64,000 bases of DNA from a virus (lineage: Duplodnaviria > Caudoviricetes). The first letter of the stretch is position 1, and each line of letters opens with the position of its first letter. The notes under the pieces were generated by a model. The model ran no database searches. It was not told the DNA's origin and saw nothing but the letters and a program-made list of their open reading frames with translations. Shown piece after piece: positions 63,999 to 64,000 of the stretch. Where the stretch lies: positions 1-64,000 of the IMG/VR virus record IMGVR_UViG_3300003962_000002; one strand, written 5' to 3'. The position numbers were made by a program, and so were the translations under genes.

Positions 63999-64000
63999 GG

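Noticed and set aside
1-64000. CRISPR array, tRNA or rRNA genes
   Set aside because: No regularly spaced repeats or cloverleaf found; the intergenic gaps are too short except 3210-3428, which does not fit these families.
1-64000. Alternative genetic code (stop codon reassignment)
   Set aside because: Long conserved genes are uninterrupted in the standard code, and TAA, TGA and TAG all end genes at sensible positions.

Overview
This is a 64-kb slice of a large, AT-rich, tailed dsDNA phage with a contractile (myovirus-type) tail. It uses the standard genetic code and is densely coding. The left arm (1-26.3 kb, + strand) is a replication, recombination and nucleotide-metabolism region. It holds a family A DNA polymerase (5'-truncated, one intein), a RecA-like protein, MazG, RuvC-like, Hjc-like and GIY-YIG nucleases, a macrodomain, a class II B12-dependent ribonucleotide reductase (two inteins), dCMP deaminase, ATP-dependent ligase, a PRPP-synthetase-like plus Nampt-like pair (NARP1-type NAD+ reconstitution), a DUF5664-like dNTP diphosphohydrolase, ThyX, a PNK kinase domain and many small hypothetical genes. 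The right arm (26.4-64 kb, - strand) is a late module. It runs from a neck/terminator protein through sheath, three tube paralogs, a tail-assembly chaperone with a -1 frameshift, tape measure, hub, spike, wedge and fibre proteins to a ferritin-like protein and an M15 endolysin. A 3-gene + strand island is inserted in this arm at 28.8-29.7 kb. The most unusual observations are a membrane/periplasmic gene cluster built around a signal-peptide-bearing ClpP, a dispersed family of disulfide-type lipoproteins, a gene flanked by 26-bp direct repeats, a structured intergenic RNA candidate, a recurring GTATACWWTATT motif, and patchy C- versus T-ending codon use within single genes. All family calls come from motif recognition by eye; no searches were run.
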